Assembly (NCBI GenBank): GCA_029259155.1
Contig: JAPDJI010000035.1
Span: 1-24,617 of the forward strand
Source: Candidatus Methanomethylicia archaeon
GTDB lineage: Archaea > Thermoproteota > Methanomethylicia > Nezhaarchaeales > B40-G2
Direction: 5' to 3'
Length of the DNA: 24,617 bases
The notes under the pieces: generated by a model
Databases searched by the model: none
The model's input: only the letters and a program-made list of their open reading frames with translations
What the model was told of the DNA's origin: nothing
Made by a program: the position numbers and the translations under genes
In this document: positions 17,234 through 24,617 of the stretch, one piece after another
Layout of the letters: the number at the start of each line of letters is the position of its first letter
Position numbering within the stretch: position 1 is the stretch's first letter

Positions 17234-18127
17234 ATGGTGCTTAAACTTCCTCCTTTTGAGTATTTTGAGCCTCATAGCTTGGAGCAAGCCTGCGACCTCC
17301 TATCCAAGTACCGCGGTAAAGCTGCTCTATTAGCTGGAGGCACTAACCTTCTTGTCCAGATGAAGCTTGGTAGGAGGAGGCCTCAAGCTGTCATTAACTT
17401 AAAGCGCATACCTAAGCTTAGCTACGTGGCCCATAGCGATGAGGGTTTGAGGATAGGGGCTTTAACCACGATACGTGAGATCTTGAGGTCCACGGTGGTA
17501 AAGGAGCACTTTACCGCTCTTTGGGAGGCTGCCCAAGTTATGGCCTTCCCCAATATTAGAAACATAGCCACTATAGGCGGAAATATATGCAACGCTGCAC
17601 CTACGGCGGATCTTCCTCCTCCTTTAATGGCGTTAGGCGCACGTGTAGTAGCTAGGAGTAGTCGCGGATTAAGGTCTATAGCTCTCGCGGACTTCTTCCA
17701 AGGACCTAATAAGACCTCCTTGAGCGAGGATGAAGTTCTCGTAGAGGTTTTCATCCCCAACCCTCCTCGAAATACCTCCTCGACCTACCTTAAGCTACCG
17801 TCTAGAACCTTGGAGGACATCTCGGTTGCCGGCGTGGCGGTTTCGCTTAGCTTGAACGGCCAGGAGGTCAAGAGCTTGAGGCTTGCTTTAGGAGCTGTGG
17901 CGCCTGTACCTATCTTGGTTAGAGAGGCTGAGGAGATTGCGAAGGGGAGGAGGGTTGATCAACAGCTTATAGATGAAGTGGCTGAGGAAGCTTCAAGGAA
18001 AGTAAATCCTCCTAAAAGCGAGTTATGGGATTTTCGCGCCCCTGCGGAGTATCGCAGGGAGGTGGTCAAGGTATTGACGAAGAGAGCTTTAAGAAAAGTA
18101 TTGGGGTCCTTGGGGTGGTCTGGGTGA
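17234..18127 (+). CDS. Xanthine dehydrogenase/CoxM-family FAD-binding subunit
   Basis: FEYFEP, LAGGTNL, IGALTT, IRNIATIGGNICNAAP.AD and DFRAPAEYR motifs; no [4Fe-4S] insert; likely start ATG 17234. Confidence 0.93.
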   Translation: MVLKLPPFEYFEPHSLEQACDLLSKYRGKAALLAGGTNLLVQMKLGRRRPQAVINLKRIPKLSYVAHSDEGLRIGALTTIREILRSTVVKEHFTALWEAAQVMAFPNIRNIATIGGNICNAAPTADLPPPLMALGARVVARSSRGLRSIALADFFQGPNKTSLSEDEVLVEVFIPNPPRNTSSTYLKLPSRTLEDISVAGVAVSLSLNGQEVKSLRLALGAVAPVPILVREAEEIAKGRRVDQQLIDEVAEEASRKVNPPKSELWDFRAPAEYRREVVKVLTKRALRKVLGSLGWSG

Positions 18128-18594
18128 AGAAGGCCATTAAGCTGAAGGTAAATGGTGAAGTTAAGGAGTTAGAGGTGGAGCCTTGGAAGACTCTCCTCGA
18201 GGTTTTACGGGAGGATCTAGGCTTGACCAGCGTTAAGGAGGGCTGCGGGACAGGTGATTGTGGGTCATGCACGGTTATACTTAACGGTAAGGCGGTGAAC
18301 TCCTGCCTAGTCCTAGCTGTGGATGCTGATGGAGGCGAAGTCTTAACTGTTGAAGGGCTATCTGACGGCTCTAAGCTTCATCCTCTACAAGAGGCTTTCA
18401 TTAAGTATGGCGCTATTCAGTGCGGCTTCTGTACGTCAGGCATGATAATGGCGGCTAAAGCTCTACTCGACGAAAACCCTAACCCTACTCCTGAAGAAAT
18501 CAAGGAGGCTTTGAGCGGCAATATCTGTCGCTGTGCAGGTTACTCAAACATAGTTAAGGCTATCTTAGCAGTGGCTAAAGGTGAGATCAAATGA
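18124..18594 (+). CDS. Xanthine dehydrogenase/CoxS-family 2x[2Fe-2S] subunit
   Basis: GCGTGDCGSCTV...NSC and QCGFC...NICRC motifs; likely GTG start at 18124 in a GTGA overlap (the ORF track's extra 33 N-terminal residues overlap the upstream gene). Confidence 0.95.
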   Translation: MKKAIKLKVNGEVKELEVEPWKTLLEVLREDLGLTSVKEGCGTGDCGSCTVILNGKAVNSCLVLAVDADGGEVLTVEGLSDGSKLHPLQEAFIKYGAIQCGFCTSGMIMAAKALLDENPNPTPEEIKEALSGNICRCAGYSNIVKAILAVAKGEIK

Positions 18595-20975
18595 GCAACT
18601 ATAGCTTTGTGGGTAAGCCTACTCCACGGTTGGATGGAGCAGAGAAAGCCACTGGTAGAGCAGTATATGTTTCAGACTTAGAGCTGCCCGGTATGCTATA
18701 CGCCAAGATACTACGTAGCCCTCTACCCCATGCAAGGATTGTAAGCATAGATGTAAGCGAAGCGCAGGCTCTTCCAGGAGTGAAAGCCGTTATAACTGGT
18801 AGGGATACTTTAGGGGTAAGGTATGGCTTCGTTGACACGCCTAGCCTCCCAGCCGACGAGCCTCCATTGGCTGAAGACAAAGTAAGGTATGTTGGTGAAC
18901 CTATTGCCGCAGTGGCGGCGGTTAGCGAGGAAATAGCTGAGAGAGCGTTGAGGTTAATCAAGGTCAAGTATGAGGAGCTTCCTGCGGTATTTGACGCTGA
19001 GGAAGCCATGAAGGAGGGCGCTCCCAAGATACATGAAGTGATCAAGCCCACGGCTCCCTCTTTCTGGCAAGAATGGGGGGTTGCACGCCCTTCGAAGGAA
19101 CAGGTTGTAGTTAATAATGTAGCTTCAACCTGTTTCGTCTCCTATGGCGATGTGGATAAGGGGTTCAAGGAAGCTTACTTGGTCAGGGAGGACGTGTTTA
19201 AGACTAGTCCTCACTCACATTGCTGTATGGAAACCCATGACGTTGTGGCGAGCTATAACCCCACAACGGGCTTCTTGGATGTATGGACCGGCCACATGGG
19301 CTTTCCGATTAAACAGTATTGGCTGGCTAGGACGCTGGGCCTACCAGTTAGCAAGGTGAGGATACGTAGGATCCACATAGGAGGGGTCTTTGGCGGAAAG
19401 ATAGAGCTTCAGCCCCACGAGTTCATAGCTGCTTTCCTATCTAAGAAGCTAGGCAAGCCCGTTAAGATAGTCCTAACTAGGGAAGAGGACTTAGAGTCCT
19501 CTAGGTCTTCACAGCATTTAGCTAAGATATATTTGAAGACAGGGGTGACGAAAGACGGCCTCCTGGTAGCTCAACACGCTAAAGTGATAGGTGACTGCGG
19601 TGCTTACCGCGGCTCAGCACCTGTTTTCATCTTCCTAGCTCACGCCTTCTCTCAGCCCATCTACCACATTCCTAACTATAAGTATGAGGCTTACGCCGTA
19701 TATACCAATAAGCAGGTAAGGGTGCCAAAAAGAGGCCATGGAGCTCCTGAGTTCCGGTTTGCCATGGAGTCTCAGCTTGACATGTTAGCTGAAGAGCTAG
19801 GTATGGATCCTGCGGAGATAAGGCTTAAGAATTTCAGGAAGAAAGGTGACGTGTTACCTAACGGCGATATACTTCATAGCTGTGGGTTAACAGAAGGACT
19901 TCAAAAGCTCGTGGATCGTATAAAGTGGACCGAGAAGAGGCGTAAAGGAAAGGAGGGCGAGAAGGCTTACGGAGTAGGTTTAGGAGTAGCCGCTATGTTT
20001 AATGGCGCCCAGTACTATCCTTTTGGGAGTACCGCGGTAGTTAGGCTAAACGAAGATGGTAAAGCGGTGGTCTTCACAGGTGCTGCTGAGTTCGGACAGG
20101 GCTCCGACACCTTAATGGCGCAGATAACCGCTGAGACCCTAGGCTTACGCCTAAACGACGTTATAGTGATCTCCGGCGACTCTGTGCTCTGTCCCATTGA
20201 CATGCACAACTGGCTAAGCGGGGGCACCTTTGTCTCAGGAAGGGCAGTGAAGCTGGCTGCTGAGGATGCTAAACGACAGCTCCTCGAGGTTGCAGCCGAG
20301 ATGCTGGAGGCCAGCCCCGAGGACCTTGAAGTGAAGGAGGGCTGGGTTCGTGTTAAAGGCCAACCTGAACGTGGCATTACTGTATCTCAGGCGGTTAGAA
20401 GGCATATCTTGACTAGAGGGGGTAAACAGATCGTTGGGGTCGGGCATACTAAAGCAATACCCGACGACCCAAGCGTTAACTGGTATCCTAGTCTCCATAC
20501 CGCTCGTGGCCGCTTCACAGGAGCCTATAGCTTTACCGTGGCTGGCGCAGAAGTAGAAGTGGACATAGCGACAGGCAAGGTGAGAGTTTTAAAGGTCACC
20601 GTAGCCCACGACTGTGGTTTTCCCATCAATCCTCAGATGGTAGAGGCCCAGGTAGAAGGTCAAGTAGCCATGGGGATAGGTCAAGCGCTGTTTGAAGAGC
20701 TCGCTACTTCAAGACATGGCAGGGTGCTTAATCGCACCCTCGCGGACTACAAGGTCGCTAGGTTTACCGACATGCCTGAAGTGGAAACCGTTCACGTAAT
20801 CACCGTCGACCCGAACGGCCCCTTCGGTGGCAAGGAGGTTGGTGAGGGTGTACTAGGGGCTCTCCCAGCGGCGATAGCTAATGCTGTTGCTAACGCCATA
20901 GGGGCATGGATCAAGGAGATACCTATGAGGCCTTATACAGTGCTGAAGGCTATTAAGGAGCGTTCACGTAGCTAG
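18591..20975 (+). CDS. Xanthine dehydrogenase-family molybdopterin-binding large subunit (4-hydroxybenzoyl-CoA reductase alpha-like motifs)
   Basis: DG.EKATG.A.Y..D, RSP.PHARI, DKVRYVGEP, GGVFGGK, RGHG, EFGQG, GQVAMGIGQAL.E and GPFGGKEVGE motifs; ATGA overlap with the Fe-S subunit. Confidence 0.93.
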   Translation: MSNYSFVGKPTPRLDGAEKATGRAVYVSDLELPGMLYAKILRSPLPHARIVSIDVSEAQALPGVKAVITGRDTLGVRYGFVDTPSLPADEPPLAEDKVRYVGEPIAAVAAVSEEIAERALRLIKVKYEELPAVFDAEEAMKEGAPKIHEVIKPTAPSFWQEWGVARPSKEQVVVNNVASTCFVSYGDVDKGFKEAYLVREDVFKTSPHSHCCMETHDVVASYNPTTGFLDVWTGHMGFPIKQYWLARTLGLPVSKVRIRRIHIGGVFGGKIELQPHEFIAAFLSKKLGKPVKIVLTREEDLESSRSSQHLAKIYLKTGVTKDGLLVAQHAKVIGDCGAYRGSAPVFIFLAHAFSQPIYHIPNYKYEAYAVYTNKQVRVPKRGHGAPEFRFAMESQLDMLAEELGMDPAEIRLKNFRKKGDVLPNGDILHSCGLTEGLQKLVDRIKWTEKRRKGKEGEKAYGVGLGVAAMFNGAQYYPFGSTAVVRLNEDGKAVVFTGAAEFGQGSDTLMAQITAETLGLRLNDVIVISGDSVLCPIDMHNWLSGGTFVSGRAVKLAAEDAKRQLLEVAAEMLEASPEDLEVKEGWVRVKGQPERGITVSQAVRRHILTRGGKQIVGVGHTKAIPDDPSVNWYPSLHTARGRFTGAYSFTVAGAEVEVDIATGKVRVLKVTVAHDCGFPINPQMVEAQVEGQVAMGIGQALFEELATSRHGRVLNRTLADYKVARFTDMPEVETVHVITVDPNGPFGGKEVGEGVLGALPAAIANAVANAIGAWIKEIPMRPYTVLKAIKERSRS

Positions 20976-22723
20976 TCTTCAATTATGAGGGGTACAAGTT
21001 TTCTCTGCTTAACATCGACCAAACCTTTAGGGCAGAGCCTTATTTCTGGCAGCGTTACGAAGGTAATGAAGGCCATCACGTTTAAAGGCTTCTTCAGCTT
21101 AGAGCCTTTGCCTCTAAGGTAGCTATTCATTTCTTTTAACCTCCTCGAGACGCTATCTAGGCTATCAAGTGACATAACTCCAGCTAAGGGCATGGGAAGC
21201 TCATAGACCACTGTCCCTCCATCAACGATAACTATTCCGCCTCTAAGCTCCGCTATCCTATTCGCGGCTATGGACATATCTTCCTCCAGCTTGCCCAACA
21301 CTACCAAGTTGTTTTCGTCAAAGTTTAGGGTTGAGGCTAATCCTCCTACCTCGGCTCCAAACCCCTCCATGATGCCTAAAGCGATCTTTCCTGTTTCCCA
21401 GTGTCGGTCGATAACAGCTACTTTTAGGTAGCCCGGTGGAAGTTTAACTTCGCCTCGCCTTACGGGTAGTTCTTCTATACTTAGTTTATTTATGGCTTCA
21501 TTCATTAACTTCATTACCCTCACCTTCACCTCACCTTCCTTACCGACCTTTATTTTGAAGTCTTCAGGGAGCATAGCTCTACCTACTTTAACAGTGTCAA
21601 AGGCGTATGGAGGATAAGTGATGGGGGCGGCTTCGACTAGAACCTCACCATCCTTAGCCGCTACCTTCCCCTTACTTATGGTAACCCTGACTTTTACTTC
21701 CCTTAGATTCTCAAGTAAGACCAGGTCAGCTTCCTTTCCAGGCCCTATTCCGCCTATTTCATGGTCAAGCCTAAAGCGCCTCGCAGGGTTAATGGTGACC
21801 ATCATAATGGCCCTTACAGGGTCTACGCCTAGCTCAATGGCTTTACGCACTACGTGGTCCATGTAGCCTAGCTCCCTCAAGTCCTCAGGGTCCATGATGT
21901 CAGTAACCAGAGATACTGCACATAGGTTTATGTTTTCCATAATCAAGCCTGGCAATACATTAGCTAGGTCCTGCCTCAGAGAGCCCTCCCTAACCATTAC
22001 ATGTACTCCTAGCCTCGCACGCTCCAATGCCTCATCTGCGTTTATAGCTTCGTGACAGGAGTTGATGCCAGCTGCTACATATGCCTGAAGCTTCATCCCC
22101 TTAGCGCCAGCTGAATGTCCCTCTATGATCTTACCCATCCTTTGAGCAATAGTTATCTTAGTCTCGTAGTCTTTATCGCCTGCAAGCAGCCTAAGCCATC
22201 CTACCACTTCTCCTAATCCTACTACATAGTCCCATCTTAATGCCTCCTCTACCTCCTCAGGCTTCAACGAATGGGTCTCATCGAATAAAGGGTCTTGAGG
22301 GCATACAAGCGGTACTAACATGTACACCTTTATTGGAAGCTGTCTGATCATCTCTGCGAACAACTTGAGGCCTTCAAAGCCCAGTACGTTTGCGAGCTGG
22401 TCTGGCTCAGCGAATAGGGTAGTGGTACCGTGTATCAATGCAGCCTTGGATTGCTCTGCAGGCGTACAGTAAAGATCTATATGGGTGTGAGCATCTATAA
22501 AGCCTGGCACCACGTACATTCCTTCAGCGTCTATGAGCTTTGTCTCACTTCCTACTGTATGGGAAGCGTTAGGGCCCATGTACACGATCTTAGACGCTTT
22601 AATAGCTACATCTATTCCTTCTAATATTTCCCCCGTGTACACGTTTACTAAGGTTCCCTGCTTTACTACAAGGTCTGCTTTGACCTCGCCTAAAGCAGCT
22701 TTAATGGTGAGGGGGTCTAACAT
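20972..22723 (-). CDS. Adenine deaminase-family amidohydrolase (non-canonical active site)
   Basis: PGFIDAHTH, GTTT, GLGEV, EGH, CHE, REGS, TINPA, GPGK.ADLV and adenine-deaminase C-terminal domain (VIDRH, LPMPLAGVMS). ATG 22723 has GAGG upstream; ORF track start is 22741. Confidence 0.85.
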   Translation of the reverse strand: MLDPLTIKAALGEVKADLVVKQGTLVNVYTGEILEGIDVAIKASKIVYMGPNASHTVGSETKLIDAEGMYVVPGFIDAHTHIDLYCTPAEQSKAALIHGTTTLFAEPDQLANVLGFEGLKLFAEMIRQLPIKVYMLVPLVCPQDPLFDETHSLKPEEVEEALRWDYVVGLGEVVGWLRLLAGDKDYETKITIAQRMGKIIEGHSAGAKGMKLQAYVAAGINSCHEAINADEALERARLGVHVMVREGSLRQDLANVLPGLIMENINLCAVSLVTDIMDPEDLRELGYMDHVVRKAIELGVDPVRAIMMVTINPARRFRLDHEIGGIGPGKEADLVLLENLREVKVRVTISKGKVAAKDGEVLVEAAPITYPPYAFDTVKVGRAMLPEDFKIKVGKEGEVKVRVMKLMNEAINKLSIEELPVRRGEVKLPPGYLKVAVIDRHWETGKIALGIMEGFGAEVGGLASTLNFDENNLVVLGKLEEDMSIAANRIAELRGGIVIVDGGTVVYELPMPLAGVMSLDSLDSVSRRLKEMNSYLRGKGSKLKKPLNVMAFITFVTLPEIRLCPKGLVDVKQRKLVPLIIED

Positions 22724-23144
22724 GGTTGGTCCTCTAGGCATTGCGTCTTGTGCTTAATTAATATTATAGCCATCTCGGGCGCCTTAATCTTCGAGGGCTC
22801 TCTGGCTACTTGATATAGGGTTGATAACGTTTTAGCAGCTTCCCGATTGAAACAGTTGTTATGAAAAAATATTAGATCAGGGCTTGAAGCCAAGCATAGT
22901 ATCTGCCTGAACCTCCTCGAGTAGGTATGAGGCAGGGCTAAGTCTCTTAGAAGCTTCACCTAGCTTGTAGGCTGCTCATAACCACGGCGACATTGAGATA
23001 AGGGAGCGATGGCCTTTACGTTGCCTCCTAAAACGTAACCCTGTGTTTAAGAGCGCTTCGCTTTCCTTTATAGCCCTTAATATTCTTATAATTTTCACAA
23101 CATTAAAATACTGGTTTTATCAACAATGAAGGGGTGGTTGTTGG

Positions 23145-23915
23145 TTGTCTTACAAAGACGTTCTCTATGAGGTAAAAGATGGCGTGGCTTGGATAACCCT
23201 CAATAGGCCTCCGCTTAACGTCATGAACACTGAGATGCTACTAGAGCTAGCTGATGCTTTTAGAAAGGCTGGCTCTGACGAGGCGGTATCAGTTATAGTT
23301 GTCACCGGCGCTGGCAAGGCTTTCTCAGCGGGGGCTGATGTAGCCGACCACATGCCCGATAAGCTGGACGCTTTTATCAAGGCTTTTAACGGCGTGTTCT
23401 ACGCCATGTGGGAAGTCGATAAACCTATCATAGCAGCGGTTAATGGCCATGCGCTGGGTGGGGGCTGTGAACTAATGATAGCGTGCGACATGGCTATAGC
23501 TGCCGCAGAAGCCCAGATAGGTCAGCCTGAGATTGTAGTAGGGGTCTACCCCCCTGTAGCTATTCCTATAATGCCTCAATTAATAGGTAGAATGAAGGCC
23601 TTCGAACTCATACTTACAGGGGATCGTGTCAGTGGTGAGGAAGCTGCTAAGATCGGACTAGTGAATAGGGCAGTTCCTTCAGATAAGTTAATGGAAGCCG
23701 TTAACGAGCTGGTGGCTAAGCTCAAGGATAAAAGCCCCGCCGTCTTAAGGATAACTAAGAAGGCCCTTATGAAAGCCATAGACATAGTTGCCACTAGGAA
23801 GGCTGTGGAGGAGGTCACCAAGATATACGTGGAGGAATTGATGAAGACAGAAGACGCTGTGGAAGGCCTTAAGGCTTTCATGGAGAAACGTAAACCTACA
23901 TGGAAGGGTAGATGA
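23145..23915 (+). CDS. Enoyl-CoA hydratase/crotonase family, cyclohexa-1,5-dienecarbonyl-CoA hydratase (Dch)-like
   Basis: LNRPPLN, AFSAGADVADHMPD, ALGGGCEL, GQPEI and EGLKAF.EKR.P.WKG motifs; TTG start after GGGGTGG. Confidence 0.9.
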   Translation: MSYKDVLYEVKDGVAWITLNRPPLNVMNTEMLLELADAFRKAGSDEAVSVIVVTGAGKAFSAGADVADHMPDKLDAFIKAFNGVFYAMWEVDKPIIAAVNGHALGGGCELMIACDMAIAAAEAQIGQPEIVVGVYPPVAIPIMPQLIGRMKAFELILTGDRVSGEEAAKIGLVNRAVPSDKLMEAVNELVAKLKDKSPAVLRITKKALMKAIDIVATRKAVEEVTKIYVEELMKTEDAVEGLKAFMEKRKPTWKGR

Positions 23916-23964
23916 CGGCAACTACCTAGAGTCGGCGGGCATCTAGCCTCCTCTTTTTAGCTTC

Positions 23965-24402
23965 TTACTTTACTAGGGCGGTGGTGAGCAGCTTTAGGTG
24001 TTTAACTCCTCGAAGGCTTTGAAGCATGTTTGAGAGCTTCTGTATCCTCTCAGCTGGCCCTCTGCTTACGAGGACTTCTAAGCAGTTTTCTTCGTCGAGG
24101 TGGACATGCATCGTGGAGACGATGACGTCGTTAAAGGAATGCTCTACTTCAAGCAGCCTTTCAGCTACTGCTCCTGTTTCATGCTCGTAGATGAAGGAGA
24201 TAACTCCTATGACATTGCCTTGAGCTTCCTTCCACGAATACTCCACGATGAAGTTTCTCATGGCGTCGCAGATGGCTTGAGACCTCTTCCTATATCCCAA
24301 GCTTTTAGCTAGCTCATCAAACTCTCTTAGCAGCTCAGGGGGGAACGATACGCTAGCTCTAATTACTCCTTCCTCCTTAAGTTGAGCTTCCTCGCTAGAC
24401 AC
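23965..24402 (-). CDS. nikR: Nickel-responsive regulator NikR
   Basis: N-terminal ribbon-helix-helix (RASVSFP.ELL.EFD...GY..RS.AI.DAMR); ACT-like domain with Ni ligands H...HVH.....C. Confidence 0.93.
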   Translation of the reverse strand: MSSEEAQLKEEGVIRASVSFPPELLREFDELAKSLGYRKRSQAICDAMRNFIVEYSWKEAQGNVIGVISFIYEHETGAVAERLLEVEHSFNDVIVSTMHVHLDEENCLEVLVSRGPAERIQKLSNMLQSLRGVKHLKLLTTALVK

Positions 24403-24457
24403 CCAAACCCCCAGTTATTTTTGGTGTGAAGGGCTTAAATAAGCTAGGGGGATACAA

Positions 24458-24491
24458 GTGTTACTGAAAAAGTATTAGTAACATTTATATA
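24458..24491 (+). promoter_or_regulatory. NikR-type operator abutting the TATA box of the divergent gene
   Basis: TGTTACT(24459-24465)-N11-AGTAACA(24477-24483) is a perfect inverted repeat, equivalent to GTGTTAC-N13-GTAACAT. TTTATATA follows at 24484-24491. Confidence 0.75.
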
Positions 24492-24521
24492 CGCCCTCAA
24501 CTTAGCTGCCCAGCGATCGCT

Positions 24522-24617
24522 ATACACATGCCCGTCAGCTTCCTAGACATTACCGCTGCTGCGATTACATACATTATCTTCTTGGGCTACGGTGGCTACG
24601 CGCTAAGCCGCATTAAA
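24522..24617 (+). CDS. 5' end of NikM/CbiM-like ECF transporter S-component with degenerate N-terminus (3'-truncated by window edge; may be a pseudogene)
   Basis: Reads IHMPVSFLDITAAAITYIIFLGYGGYALSRIK, resembling MH(I/M)PDGFL followed by a first TM helix. It is divergent from nikR, behind a NikR-type operator. ATA occupies the expected start position; first ATG is at 24528. Confidence 0.55.
   Translation, partial: MHMPVSFLDITAAAITYIIFLGYGGYALSRIK

Noticed and set aside
18591-20975. Aerobic CO dehydrogenase (coxMSL) call based on M-S-L gene order
   Set aside because: The large subunit has RGHG, not the AYxCSFR loop needed for the Cu-S-Mo site.
22717-22959. 80-aa minus-strand ORF, and a 52-codon plus-strand open stretch at 22971-23129
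   Set aside because: Neither has recognisable motifs, both run through AT-rich promoter-like sequence, and the plus-strand stretch has no start at its 5' end.
758-24312. Numerous 60-175 aa antisense or alternate-frame ORFs (e.g. 1646-2173, 5455-5802, 16771-17232, 18599-19051, 20015-20377)
   Set aside because: They are shadows of well-supported genes, Ser/Thr/Pro-rich as expected for reverse-complement frames, with no family motifs.
1-24617. CRISPR arrays, tRNA/rRNA genes, transposases, integrases, inteins
   Set aside because: No regularly spaced direct repeats, cloverleaf/T-loop signatures or mobile-element proteins were seen, and the Lhr motifs are spaced without an intein-sized insertion.

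Overview
Densely coding archaeal window. The archaeal origin is inferred from type II GAPDH, Tfx, Lhr, AOR, BRE/TATA promoters and frequent TTG starts. The left third holds the 3' end of an aldehyde:ferredoxin oxidoreductase-family gene, a type II GAPDH broken by a 1-nt frameshift, and a minus-strand run of acdA-alpha, thiolase, ADP-ribosylglycohydrolase, Lhr and surE. The centre (about 9.2-22.7 kb) is a largely self-contained molybdenum-hydroxylase island. It contains yqeB (marker of labile-selenium Mo hydroxylases) and mocA, tfx followed by an operon of an atypical ABC importer, DUF364, a TrmO-like SAM-binding protein and a divergent MoeA, and xdhC. It also contains a three-subunit xanthine dehydrogenase-family enzyme, whose large subunit has 4-hydroxybenzoyl-CoA reductase-like motifs, and a convergent, non-canonical adenine deaminase homologue. 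The right end has a dienoyl-CoA hydratase-like crotonase, nikR, a clear NikR-type operator, and the start of a NikM/CbiM-like gene with a degenerate metal-binding N-terminus. All family calls come from motifs recognised by eye; no searches were run.
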